Source: Opitutales bacterium (lineage in GTDB: Bacteria > Verrucomicrobiota > Verrucomicrobiia > Opitutales > UBA2987). Taken from it: 64,000 bases of DNA. Where the stretch lies: positions 1-64,000 of the forward strand of contig CBDDEL010000010.1 in NCBI GenBank assembly GCA_965226885.1, read 5' to 3'. Position 1 is the first letter of the stretch. Every line of letters starts with the position of its first letter. The notes under the pieces were generated by a model. The model was not told the origin of the DNA. It was given only the letters and a program-made list of their open reading frames with translations, and did not search any database. A program made the translations under genes and the position numbers. Below, one piece after another: positions 9,890-20,392 of the stretch.

Positions 9890-11706
9890 GAGGCTGTCCC
9901 AAAAGGGTGATTTTTGCGAGGGCTTTTGATAGGCGCTCATTTTAGAGGTATTTGCATTTGGGAGAGTATAAACTTTGCTCTCCTATGACGTTAGGATACT
10001 GGTTTTGGGGTCCGGTTGCCTGGTTTTCTTTGTATGAGCCGACAGTACGGCTGTGAAAAAGTATTGTCCTTGCTTTTCCGCTCTCTAGGCCGCCGCTTTG
10101 GTTTTTAGTTCGTCTTGCTGGGCCAGCATCTTGGCTACTTTCCATAGGTTGTGCGAGAGTACCGACCAGGCTACGCTGATCGAGCGGTTGGCAAAGCCTT
10201 TGCTGCGCAACCGCCCGGCCTGCCAGCGATTCTTCAATACCCCGATCCGCCCTTCGGTGCTGGCCCGGCGCTTTTGCAATTGTCTGAACAGTGGTTCCTC
10301 CATCCGTTTTTTCAACTGCTTCGGATCGCGTGGACAGAGCGCGTCGTAGATTCCCTCCTGGGCTAACTGCCGGCGGGCCCGCTGGGAGGCAAATCCCCGG
10401 TCCGCGCACATGGCCGCTATGGGTTCTTCCAGGTTGAAGCGGTTCTGTCTTTGCAAACTCTCTTGCATTTGTTCATTTTCGCTTGGAGTTCGGCTGCCGT
10501 AGAGTTTCCAGTCCAGCAGGTACCCTTCAACGCTTTCTCCCAAAAACAGGGTGTTGCCGAACTCGACCTCTTGGCCCGCTTTACCTCGCACAATCACCTG
10601 CACATCGAGTTCGTAAACACTCAAGACTTTCTCTGCGTTTTTCACCTGGCGGCCGCCAATGATCCGCTCGTGCGCCTGTTTGATGACCACCGGGATTTGC
10701 TCGCTCATGCGCTCCATCCGGGCGAGGATCTGTTGGACCTGTTTTTCGCTGTAATCGCTTTGCTCCCAGCAGGCTTGCAATAATTCCCGGTGACTGCGGG
10801 CATGCTCCCCGATCCGTTTGAGCAGCTTTTTCATCTGCCTCAAGATACCCTTGCGCTGCCGCGCGCTGTCCTTTCGCCGCCGGCTGTGGGTCATCTGTAT
10901 GCACAGCCGATTCATCTGCCGAGCCAAGGGCTCCGGTTCGATCGGCATGCGATGGCGCACACCGGCCTTCTCGCGGATCAGCCGGATCGCTTTGAGCAAC
11001 GTGCCGGCTACATCCTTGAGTAATACCCAGTCCGTCGGCCAATGAATGTTAGCCTCCAAACAGGTGCCGTCGATCAGGCAAATGGTGGGGTCAATCGGCT
11101 TGTCCAATCCCACCTGCCGGGCCAGAAGGGCATCGCCCACCACCTCAGTCAAGGTCCGGTGCAAGGCCCTCAACTGCTCTTCGCTGAAAAACTTCGAGGC
11201 CCGCTCCAGGGTGCTTTTGGAGATGCCCCTGATGCCATCGATCTGCCGGACACGGCAAAAGTCGGCCAACAGATCGCTGCTGCCCAGAGCCCGCGACAAA
11301 TGCCGAAACGAAATCCCTCCGAGCAGACGGCCCAGCGTATCCATGCGCAGTGCCTTGATGGCAAAACTGGCCCGCTGCCGCCGGGCCTTTAGACCCATTG
11401 GCGGCCACCCCTCCAAGGCCAGCTCAATGGCCTGCGATTCCACCTCCGAGTCGATCAGCAGCCGATCGATTCGATCAATGGTGGCGCGGAAGTTATCGTA
11501 ATCGAGGCACCGGTCGACCACAGTTAAAGCTGGACGCAGGAGGCATTGGATGGCTATATTTTTCATAGAAAGGGCTATATTGATTTTCGCTAACTCAATT
11601 ATAGAACCCTTTTTTGGCCGGATCGAGCAAAAACTTGCTCTTTCCGGCTCTTTTTATCAACGTCATCCAGTTGACTATAAAATCTTTATATTTTTGGGAC
11701 AGCCTC
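9890..11706 (-). mobile_element. IS5/ISNCY-like element, copy 2 (1817 bp)
   Basis: Same IRs; 6-bp TSD TAGCTA at the msrB stop codon. Confidence 0.9.
10085..11566 (-). CDS. DDE transposase (IS5/ISNCY-like), 493 aa
   Basis: Near-identical to 7439-8920. Confidence 0.9.
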   Translation of the reverse strand: MKNIAIQCLLRPALTVVDRCLDYDNFRATIDRIDRLLIDSEVESQAIELALEGWPPMGLKARRQRASFAIKALRMDTLGRLLGGISFRHLSRALGSSDLLADFCRVRQIDGIRGISKSTLERASKFFSEEQLRALHRTLTEVVGDALLARQVGLDKPIDPTICLIDGTCLEANIHWPTDWVLLKDVAGTLLKAIRLIREKAGVRHRMPIEPEPLARQMNRLCIQMTHSRRRKDSARQRKGILRQMKKLLKRIGEHARSHRELLQACWEQSDYSEKQVQQILARMERMSEQIPVVIKQAHERIIGGRQVKNAEKVLSVYELDVQVIVRGKAGQEVEFGNTLFLGESVEGYLLDWKLYGSRTPSENEQMQESLQRQNRFNLEEPIAAMCADRGFASQRARRQLAQEGIYDALCPRDPKQLKKRMEEPLFRQLQKRRASTEGRIGVLKNRWQAGRLRSKGFANRSISVAWSVLSHNLWKVAKMLAQQDELKTKAAA

Positions 11707-12128
11707 TAGCTACTGGCTGCGACAAATTCAAGGGCAGCCGAATTTATGCAATAGCGCAGACCGGTGGGTGCGGGCCCGTCGGGAAAGACGTGACCCAAGT
11801 GCGCATCGCATCGACGGCAGAGGACTTCAGTCCGCCGCAAAAACAATTTTCGGTCGTCTTTTTCTGTGATATTGTCTTTGTCAACAGGGCTCGTATAGCT
11901 GGGCCAGCCGGTACCGGAATTGAATTTGTCCTCGGAACGGAAGAGGGGATTGCCGCAACAGGCGCATCGATAGAGACCATCTTCCTTATGGTCATGATAT
12001 TTTCCGGTAAAGGCTCGCTCCGTCCCCTTCTGCCTTGTCACGTAGTACTGTAATGGTGACAGTTGTTGTGCCCATTCGGCATCGGTGTTGCGATATTTAT
12101 TTTTCATTTCTTTTGTTTTCCGGTCCAA
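11706..12128 (-). CDS. msrB: Peptide-methionine (R)-S-oxide reductase
   Basis: [34 protein letters not shown]. Confidence 0.95.
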   Translation of the reverse strand: MDRKTKEMKNKYRNTDAEWAQQLSPLQYYVTRQKGTERAFTGKYHDHKEDGLYRCACCGNPLFRSEDKFNSGTGWPSYTSPVDKDNITEKDDRKLFLRRTEVLCRRCDAHLGHVFPDGPAPTGLRYCINSAALEFVAASS

Positions 12129-12154
12129 GGCAATAATAAACTGGATCGGCCCTG

Positions 12155-12358
12155 TTAGCAGAGTTGGTCGGTTTTTGCCGCCATATTGAAGTCATTTCGA
12201 TGAAGACCTCTTATTTTATGCGTCCACCAAGTCACCGTCACTTTTCCCCATTCGGTCAGAATGGCAGGATGATGTCCGTGCGTCTCGGTTAATCGCCCCA
12301 CCTCCTGTGTAAACGACAGTGCTTCAACGAAATTCTTAAATGGGTAGACCCGTTCCAC
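12155..12358 (-). pseudogene. phhB: Pterin-4a-carbinolamine dehydratase, N-terminally truncated
   Basis: [30 protein letters not shown]; only 67 aa, expected N-terminus absent. Confidence 0.75.
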
Positions 12359-12690
12359 CCTCTAAGCAATTCGACAATTTTCAATATTTCCCGATAAGGC
12401 TTGAGCATTGGAATTGGTTTAGTTTCTACTGAATTAAATGTGGCTTTCCAAGCATGATTTTTTCACTGATCGGTTCCGGGGCAACCCATAAGAGGAACGT
12501 TGGAATAACCTGGCAATCGTTGTTGGATGTTTGTGCGCCGTTCCCCTTGGCATGACGCTGGTTTACCCGCAACCGGCTTTCAAGGGCATATTGGCGGTTA
12601 TGAGCGTGACCTGGCTTTGGTGCATGGTGCGGGCGTATTGTTACTCAATACAATCCCAGGATGGTTCTTAACTCAAATGTCGGCGAGGTT

Positions 12691-13197
12691 ATGGCTCAAA
12701 GAAGAAGGAAAAATCCCAAAAACAAAGGAATCACCCGCATTGATTCAGGATCAACCCACGGATGGTTCGTGCGGGTCGTGCGGGGGTACAAAAATGGTAA
12801 AATCTACCCCAAACTTTTCAGCGATCTGAAATGTGGAGGCAAAAGGAAGGCGCAGAAAGAAGCCCGTCAGTATCGGGATGAACTCCACGAAAAACTGGCC
12901 CAAATTCCCACCAAACCCTGGGGCCGGAAGATCGTTTCTCATAATACCCGAAATACTTCAGGAGTGTTGGGAGTCTGCCGCACGGCAAAGAAAAGCCCAT
13001 CCGGGAAAATAAGCGAAGCTTACTCAGTCAGTTGGAGCCCTTCCCCCGGAGTACTGAAAACAACTTCTTTCTCCATCCGTAAATACGGGGAGGAAAAAGC
13101 CTTTAAACTGGCTGTGGCCCTCCGGCGGAAAATGCTTCGTCAAATTCATGGACCAGGTATCTTCCGCAAAATGGCTGCGATGCAAAAAGGCTCCTGA
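12691..13197 (+). CDS. Basic protein with two AP2-like DNA-binding domains
   Basis: KGITRID...GWFVR...KLFSD..GGK; NTSGVLGV...W...SFSIRKYGEEKAFKLA; GAGG upstream of ATG 12691. Confidence 0.7.
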   Translation: MAQRRRKNPKNKGITRIDSGSTHGWFVRVVRGYKNGKIYPKLFSDLKCGGKRKAQKEARQYRDELHEKLAQIPTKPWGRKIVSHNTRNTSGVLGVCRTAKKSPSGKISEAYSVSWSPSPGVLKTTSFSIRKYGEEKAFKLAVALRRKMLRQIHGPGIFRKMAAMQKGS

Positions 13198-13416
13198 AAT
13201 TTCATCACCGCGAGTGAATGGGCGGCAAGGGTTGCTTGGGGATTGTGTTGAATCCCATTTCGGTAGGCTATCACTGGATGCGGATTGACGATTGCCAAAG
13301 CGTATTGAAAGGCGCTATTTTCAACGATTATGAATGTTCATATGGGAATTCTTGGATAACAATCACTTTTACCTAATGCCGAGGCCGAGCCGAAAAAATT
13401 CGCCAGTACCGTCAGT

Positions 13417-13881
13417 TTGAAATTTCTTCAATCCCATGCCCTGTTTGGCGGTTTTGAAGATGAAGAATTGATTAAATTCCTCACCTTCATGAGGCAGGAA
13501 GAATATCCCAAAGGTGCTAAAATCGTCGTCGAAGGGGATCCGGGAAATTGCCTCTTTTTAATTGTCGAGGGCTCTGTTGAGATTCTCAAAATCGTTCCGG
13601 ATACAGGGGACGACAATAGCGAGCAGATTGCCACCCTCGGGATTGGGGAAACCTTCGGTGAAATGGCGATTATCGATTTGCATACCCGCGCCGCCACCGT
13701 GCGAGTGCTCAAAGATTCAATCGTGCTGGTTCTTTCCTCAAAAAGCTTGTCCTATATCTGGAAAAGCCATCCCGAGATTTATACCCTCATCCTAACGAAT
13801 CTGGCTCGAGAAATTAGCATGAGGCTGCGCAGTATCGACTCCAGTTTCGCCATATCCTTGTTTTCCGCCAAAAGAAAATAA
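13417..13881 (+). CDS. Cyclic-nucleotide-binding domain protein (no HTH)
   Basis: EGDPG..LFLIVEGSV, GETFGEMA, RAATV; start uncertain (upstream in-frame ATG 13330 is followed by TAA). Confidence 0.85.
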   Translation: MKFLQSHALFGGFEDEELIKFLTFMRQEEYPKGAKIVVEGDPGNCLFLIVEGSVEILKIVPDTGDDNSEQIATLGIGETFGEMAIIDLHTRAATVRVLKDSIVLVLSSKSLSYIWKSHPEIYTLILTNLAREISMRLRSIDSSFAISLFSAKRK

Positions 13882-14278
13882 ATACCCGGAGGGAAGATTG
13901 TAGGAATGATAGAGGATTCTGGATACAAGATGCGTGATTCGAGGTGTGTCGAATACTGAAACCTGATCCGAGCCCAGCGACATTCCTCAATCAGATGTAG
14001 GTATGGGAACCTTACACCCGATCAGATGACCTTGGCCCCTGGATTGAACTGATTGATGCCATAAGAGGGGCAGGAGGGCTTGTTACAAGAGAATTTGTGG
14101 CGGGAATACCCAGAATGATCAAAAAGGGGGAAACACCCTCAAATATCCTTGAAAATAGTGGTCGAAAGGATAATGTGCCTAATTGGCTGTCGCGGTGTAT
14201 CTGCTGTAAACGCCGGGGAAAAACCGGTACGGTAAAGAGGGCGCTTTAAAACCGGTACGCTTATCCTAGAAAGGAGGA

Positions 14279-15758
14279 GTGTATCGAGATATGAAGCAAT
14301 GGACAAGAGTGCGGCACAAAGTGCTGCGGGACAAGCAGAGCAAGCGCTCTGTAATGCGAGAAGAGGGACTGCACTGGGAGACCCTGGGAAAGATGCTGGC
14401 CGCTGGCCTATTCCCAGCCGCCGGGAGACCGGCGCAAGAAGAGGCGAGAGCGCAAGATCGATCCGTATGTGGGCTGGATCGAGGAGGTGCTCAAAGCGGA
14501 CCGGAACGTGCCCAAGAAGCAGCGCCATACGGCCAAACGGATCTACCAGCGTTTGGGTCGGGAGAAGGGCTACCAAGGGGGCTACACGGCGGTCAAGGAG
14601 GTGGTGGCCGAGCTGCGAGCGAGGCGGCGGGAAGTGTTCGTGCCGCTGGAGCACCGCCCCGGGGAGGGACAGGTGGACTTCGGTCATGCCCTGGTGAAGG
14701 AGGCGGGGCAATTGCGTAGGCGGCCATTTTTTGCCATGAGCCTGCCCTACAGCGATGCCTTTTTCGTGCAGGTGTTCGAACGGGAGTGCACGGAGAGCTT
14801 CTGGGAGGGGCACCTGCGAGCTTTTGAGTTTTTCGGGGCGGTGCCCCGGCGCATCAGCTATGACAACTCGAAGGTGGCGGTGGGTAAGATTATCGGTTCG
14901 CGTGAACGCAAGCTGACCGACGGGTTTCTGCAGCTACAGAGCCATTACCTGTTCGAGGAACACTTCTGTCTGCCCGCCCGGCCCAACGAGAAGGGCGTGG
15001 TCGAGGGGATCGTGCGTTATGCCCGGGCCAACTTCCTGGTACCGGTACCGCAGGTTCGGGACCTGGAGGAACTCAACGCAAAGCTGTTGGAGGCATGTGA
15101 GCGGGACATGGAGCGTAAATTACGCGGGAAAAGGGCGGTGAAAAAGGAACTGCTGGCCGAGGAGCGCGCCGTCATGCTGGCGTTGCCGCCCATACCCTTT
15201 GAAGCGAGCCGCAAACGCTCGACCTGCGTCAGCAGCCTCTCGCTGGTGCGCTGCGCCCACCATCCGGTGGTGGTGGAAGGGTCCTGTCGGCAGGTGGTGA
15301 TCTTCTGTGGGGGCCAAGAGGTGGCCCGGCACCGCCGCATTTGGGATAAAGAGCAAGTCTCTTTCGAGCCGGTGCACTACCTGGCTTTGCTGGAGAAAAA
15401 ACCGGGCGCTTTGGACTTCGCCCGCCCACTCTCGGGCTGGCAGTTGCCGCAGTGCCTGCAGGTCCTCAGACGCCGGCTCGAAAGCCAATGCGGGGGCGAA
15501 GGCACCCGGGAGTATATCCGGGTGCTGCGGCTGTTGGAGAAACACCCCATGGCGGCCTTGCAGCAGGCCGTCGTCTCGGCCCTGCGGGTGGGGGGACTGA
15601 CTCGTGAGGCCATCGCCCAGTATCTCTATCCTCAGGAAGACTACGGGAGCAGAACCTTCCGGCTGGACGGCCATCCACACCTGCGTCACGTCCGTGTGGC
15701 CGCCCCTGACCTCGGTGCCTACAGCGAACTGCTCAAGATTCCAGGAGGGGCTTTATGA
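14279..15758 (+). pseudogene. istA: IstA transposase, frameshifted near N-terminus with an 11-aa deletion
   Basis: 7-bp duplication GCTGGCC at 14395-14408; 33-bp deletion (FECNDYSVPVR) at ~15250. Confidence 0.85.
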
Positions 15759-16522
15759 AGGAAGAAAAAAACCAGCTGCTGTTACACCATCACCTCAAGA
15801 AACTGAAGTTGCCCACCATCCTGCGCGAATGGCCGGCGGTGGCCGCGGCTTGTTCCCGGGACCGGCTCGATTACGCCGCCTTTTTGTTGCATCTGGTCGA
15901 ACGGGAGCTCATTGAACGCGAACAGCGGGCCGCCCAGCGGCGGATCAAAAACGCCCGTTTCCCCGTGCTCAAGACCCTCGAGAGCTTCGCCTTTGAAGCG
16001 CAGCCCTCGATCAACGAAGCGCTCATCCGAGAGCTCATGCGCGGGGAGTATGTCGACCAGCGCGAAAACGTGCTGCTCCTCGGTAACGCCGGTACCGGTA
16101 AAACGCACCTGGCCACCGCCCTGGGCTTTGCCGCCTGTGCCCAGGGCCGGCGGATCCGTTTCTTCGGGGTCACCGCCCTGGTTACCCATATGCTCGAGCA
16201 ACGCGACAACCACGACCTGCAGCGCTTCATGAAGCAACTCGAAAGGCTCGACCTACTCATCCTCGACGAACTCGGTTACGTCCCTTTTTCCAAGACCGGT
16301 TCCGAACTGCTCTTCGACGTGGTCAGCCGCGCTTACGAGCGCACCAGTCTCATCGTCACCACCAACCTGCCCTTTGAGAACTGGATCGAAGTGCTCGGTT
16401 CCGAACGGCTCACCGGAGCTCTGCTGGACCGACTCACCCATCGGGTGCATATCCTCGAAGCCAACGGGCAAAGCTACCGCTTGCGCGATGCTCGACGCCG
16501 TCGCCGTGGCACAAAACAATAA
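15755..16522 (+). CDS. istB: IstB ATP-binding helper protein
   Basis: Near-identical to 5290-6057. Confidence 0.95.
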   Translation: MKEEKNQLLLHHHLKKLKLPTILREWPAVAAACSRDRLDYAAFLLHLVERELIEREQRAAQRRIKNARFPVLKTLESFAFEAQPSINEALIRELMRGEYVDQRENVLLLGNAGTGKTHLATALGFAACAQGRRIRFFGVTALVTHMLEQRDNHDLQRFMKQLERLDLLILDELGYVPFSKTGSELLFDVVSRAYERTSLIVTTNLPFENWIEVLGSERLTGALLDRLTHRVHILEANGQSYRLRDARRRRRGTKQ

Positions 16523-16695
16523 ACGCCTTGGGCCCGGCTCGTCGGCCTCCGGCCTCCTCACCGACCCCAAGCCAATCCCCAAAACCAACTCCCAAACCCT
16601 AAACCTTGACGTACCTGCAATTACTAACCTAAACCTTATTCCAAGCGTACCGGTTTTACCCCGACCCCCGTACCGGTTTCATCCCGGCGTTTACA

Positions 16696-16870
16696 CGGCC
16701 AACAAACTGTGGCCGAGCATTGAGCGACTCGAAGAAGTCGTCGCAACCCATCTCAAAGACTGGTGGGAGGACACTGAAAAAGTCCTCTCTTTAGTTGGCG
16801 GAGGCTGGCAGCACATTCAAGCAAACGCTTCTGCCAAATAACTTATTATCATACCTAATGAGATTTGGTA
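16696..16870 (+). mobile_element. IS630 3'-end fragment (same element as 57261-58392)
   Basis: Encodes ANKLWPSIERLEE...NASAK* and ends GAGATTTGGTAT followed by TA. Confidence 0.9.
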
Positions 16871-17093
16871 TTACAAGTTTCTTGTCAAAATTTTGAGATT
16901 TTCCGGCTTTTAACTGCTCCACACCGATCATGAGGTCGCTCCTTAATCTTTCAAATTTTTTAACCTTTTCTTCTTCAAATAGATACAAAACACGAAGAGC
17001 ATCTCGAATAACTTCTGAAGACGAATTATAAAATCCCGTCTTAACTTTCTCCTGGACCCATTTTTCCAATTGCGGCGTCAATGATACGTTCAT
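16871..17093 (-). pseudogene. parD: ParD-family (CC2985-like RHH) antitoxin, 3' end cut by IS630
   Basis: MNVSLTPQLEKWV..KVKTGFYNSSSEVIRDALR; no downstream toxin. Confidence 0.8.
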
Positions 17094-17140
17094 CCTGTCA
17101 ACTTGACTGTAATAACAATCTTTGTTATTGATCTGTTCTA

Positions 17141-18255
17141 TTAATCCGGCAAATAAATAGTGACATATCAATAACTTATGCTAAAGTAGGTTCATGAATA
17201 GGAATGATGCGCGTTCACTAAGCGAAGAGACTATATATGAGCTGAGGTGTCGGGCGGTGGATCTGAAAAGAGAGGGTTGCACTTATGAAGAGGTTTCCGT
17301 GGTTTTAAAGGTATCGATCAGCGCTGTGCGCAAATGGTGGGCCCTTTACCGAAATGGAGGGCCAAAAGCCCTGCGGCTTGGACAACGGGGCCGTCGGCAG
17401 GGCCAATGTCGAAGATTGAGCTCCCAACAAGAGCGCATGGTGTGCCGAATGATTACCGATAAGAGGACCCGACCAGCTTAAGATGCCCTTTGCCCTGTGG
17501 ACGCGCCAAGCGGTGCAAGAGTTGATTGAAAGGCAGTTTGCTTTGAAGATGCCGATCCGCACGGTGGGCGAGTATCTTCGCCGTTGGGGTTTCACTCCAC
17601 AAAAACCTCGAAGACAAGCCTATGAGCAGCAGCCTGAGGCGATTAAGAAGTGGCTTGATCAAACTTACCCGGCCATCGAAGCCAGAGCCAAAGCGCAACA
17701 GGCCCAAATCCACTGGGGAGATGAAACCGGCATCAGTAGCGAAGATCATCGGGGAAGAGGTTATGCTCCGCGCGGTAAAACGCCAGTTGCCAAACGCAGT
17801 GCGCGTCGTTTTAGCACGAGCATGATCTCGACTATAACCAACCGTGGAAAGCTGCGTTTCATGGTTTACAAGGGAGCCTTGAATGTGGAACTGTTTATCA
17901 AATTTCTGCGCCAGTTAATCAAAGGAGCCAAACGGAAAATCTTTCTCATTGTGGACAATCTGAGAGTGCATCATGCTAAAAAAGTAACCGGTTGGATTGA
18001 AGCCCACCGCGATAGGATCGAGATTTTTTATCTACCATCTTACAGTCCCGAATTGAACCCCGATGAGTATTTGAATAACACGGTCAAAGCCAACTTGAAG
18101 AACCTGCCGGCCCCGCGCAGCCAAATTGAGTTGCAGGGAAGTCTGCGAACCCACCTGCGCAGCAGGCAACGAAAACCAATTTTGATTAAAAAACTCTTCC
18201 ATCATCGGGATGTTCAATACGCCGCTTAACTGTTACTATTCAATTGCCGGATTAA
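17141..18255 (+). mobile_element. IS630-family element (second type)
   Basis: IRs TTAATCCGGCAA/TTGCCGGATTAA flanked by TA on both sides. Confidence 0.9.
17194..18229 (+). pseudogene. IS630 transposase, frameshifted at ~17468
   Basis: HTH N-terminus, then WGDETG, IVDNLRVH, YSPELNPDE in another frame; no obvious slippery run. Confidence 0.8.
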
Positions 18256-18417
18256 TAATCTACAAGAACCCACCTTTTTCGATCGAACGCCGCTGGAGCA
18301 TGACCTGCGTCATGGTAGGCTGGGAATGTTTTATCAAGGTTTTGCACGGCGAGTATGGCTTCTTCTTCAGTATTATAGGCGTCCTCAAGGCTCCAATGTT
18401 CTTCGTCCCGTAATTTA

Positions 18418-20153
18418 GAGGCTGTCCCAAAAGGGTGATTTTTGCGAGGGCTTTTGATAGGCGCTCATTTTAGAGGTATTTGCATTTGGGAGAGTATCAA
18501 CTTTGCTCTCCTATGACGTTAGGATACTGGTTTTGGGGTCCGGTTGCCTGGTTTTCTTTGTATGAGCCGACAGTACGGCTGTGAAAAAGTATTGTCCTTG
18601 CTTTTCCGCTCTCTAGGCCGCCGCTTTGGTTTTTAGTTCGTCTTGCTGGGCCAGCATCTTGGCTACTTTCCATAGGTTGTGCGAGAGTACCGACCAGGCT
18701 ACGCTGATCGAGCGGTTGGCAAAGCCTTTGCTGCGCAACCGCCCGGCCTGCCAGCGATTCTTCAATACCCCGATCCGCCCTTCGGTGCTGGCCCGGCGCT
18801 TTTGCAATTGTCTGAACAGTGGTTCCTCCATCCGTTTTTTCAACTGCTTCGGATCGCGTGGACAGAGCGCGTCGTAGATTCCCTCCTGGGCTAACTGCCG
18901 GCGGGCCCGCTGGGAGGCAAATCCCCGGTCCGCGCACATGGCCGCTATGGGTTCTTCCAGGTTGAAGCGGTTCTGTCTTTGCAAACTCTCTTGCATTTGT
19001 TCATTTTCGCTTGGAGTTCGGCTGCCGTAGAGTTTCCAGTCCAGCAGGTACCCTTCAACGCTTTCTCCCAAAAACAGGGTGTTGCCGAACTCGACCTCTT
19101 GGCCCGCTTTACCTCGCACAATCACCTGCCCATCGAGTTCGTAAACACTCAAGACTTTCTCTGCGTTTTTCACCTGGCGGCCGCCAATGATCCGCTCGTG
19201 CGCCTGTTTGATGACCACCGGGATTTGCTCGCTCATGCGCTCCATCCGGGCGAGGATCTGTTGGACCTGTTTTTCGCTGTAATCGCTTTGCTCCCAGCAG
19301 GCTTGCAATAATTCCCGGTGACTGCGGGCATGCTCCCCGATCCGTTTGAGCAGCTTTTTCATCTGCCGAGCCAAGGGCTCCGGTTCGATCGACATGCGAT
19401 GGCGCAAACCGGCCTTCTCGCGGATCAGCCGGATCGCTTTGAGCAACGTGCCGGCTACATCCTTGAGTAATACCCAGTCCGTCGGCCAATGAATGTTAGC
19501 CTCCAAACAGGTGCCGTCGATCAGGCAAATGGTGGTGTCAATCGGCTTGTCCAATCCCACCTGCCGGGCCAGAAGGGCATCGCCCACCACCTCAGTCAAG
19601 GTCCGGTGCAAGGCCCTCAACTGCTCTTCGCTGAAAAACTTCGAGGCCCGCTCCAGGGTGCTTTTGGAGATGCCCCTGATGCCATCGATCTGCCGGACAC
19701 GGCAAAAGTCGGCCAACAGATCGCTGCTGCCCAGAGCCCGCGACAAATGCCGAAACGAAATCCCTCCGAGCAGACGGCCCAGCGTATCCATGCGCAGTGC
19801 CTTGATGGCAAAACTGGCCCGCTGCCGCCGGGCCTTTAGACCCATTGGCGGCCACCCCTCCAAGGCCAGCTCAATGGCCTGCGATTCCACCTCCGAGTCG
19901 ATCAGCAGCCGATCGATTCGATCAATGGTGGCGCGGAAGTTATCGTAATCGAGGCACCGGTCGACCACAGTTAAAGCTGGACGCAGGAGGCATTGGATGG
20001 CTATATTTTTCATAGAAAGGGCTATATTGATTTTCGCTAACTCAATTATAGAACCCTTTTTTGGCCGGATCGAGCAAAAACTTGCTCTTTCCGGCTCTTT
20101 TTATCAACGTCATCCAGTTGACTATAAAATCTTTATATTTTTGGGACAGCCTC
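18418..20153 (-). mobile_element. IS5/ISNCY-like element, copy 3 (1736 bp)
   Basis: Same IRs; TSD TAATTTA; 81-bp internal deletion. Confidence 0.9.
18613..20013 (-). CDS. DDE transposase with 27-aa in-frame deletion (possibly inactive)
   Basis: 466 aa versus 493 aa; deletion between TTCATCTGCC direct repeats. Confidence 0.85.
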   Translation of the reverse strand: MKNIAIQCLLRPALTVVDRCLDYDNFRATIDRIDRLLIDSEVESQAIELALEGWPPMGLKARRQRASFAIKALRMDTLGRLLGGISFRHLSRALGSSDLLADFCRVRQIDGIRGISKSTLERASKFFSEEQLRALHRTLTEVVGDALLARQVGLDKPIDTTICLIDGTCLEANIHWPTDWVLLKDVAGTLLKAIRLIREKAGLRHRMSIEPEPLARQMKKLLKRIGEHARSHRELLQACWEQSDYSEKQVQQILARMERMSEQIPVVIKQAHERIIGGRQVKNAEKVLSVYELDGQVIVRGKAGQEVEFGNTLFLGESVEGYLLDWKLYGSRTPSENEQMQESLQRQNRFNLEEPIAAMCADRGFASQRARRQLAQEGIYDALCPRDPKQLKKRMEEPLFRQLQKRRASTEGRIGVLKNRWQAGRLRSKGFANRSISVAWSVLSHNLWKVAKMLAQQDELKTKAAA

Positions 20154-20392
20154 TAATTTAGAACTCAATAAGTACAGTCCTTGGATATCGTCTAGTTTGA
20201 TTTGCCAATGCCGGGGGCTGATTTTGTATTCTAACGTCATTTTTTTACCCAATCTATGTGTAGGCGGAAAATACACTGCTAATATTAGACACCATAACCT
20301 GAAAGGCGATAGTTTCAATAAAAATCGTAAACCCTTCGCCAGCAATAGGGTTCCAGTTCGTCATATGAAAAGGAGCCAATTTTAAACCGCCG

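Larger units (their letters stand above)
14205..16695 (+). mobile_element. IS21-family element, copy 2 (2491 bp)
   Basis: Same ends as copy 1; differs by +7, -33 and -2 bp. Confidence 0.95.
18256..20240 (-). pseudogene. 80-aa hypothetical protein interrupted by IS copy 3
   Basis: Removing the IS and one TSD joins 20240-20154 (MTLEY...SSKL) in frame with 18410-18258 (RDEEHW...VLVD). Confidence 0.5.

Noticed and set aside
7244..11706. Composite transposon carrying the 9121-9636 gene
   Set aside because: Each IS copy has its own distinct TSD, indicating independent insertions
16374..17171. ORFs 16374-16841 and 16791-17171 as real proteins
   Set aside because: Chimeric read-through across IS21/IS630/parD junctions
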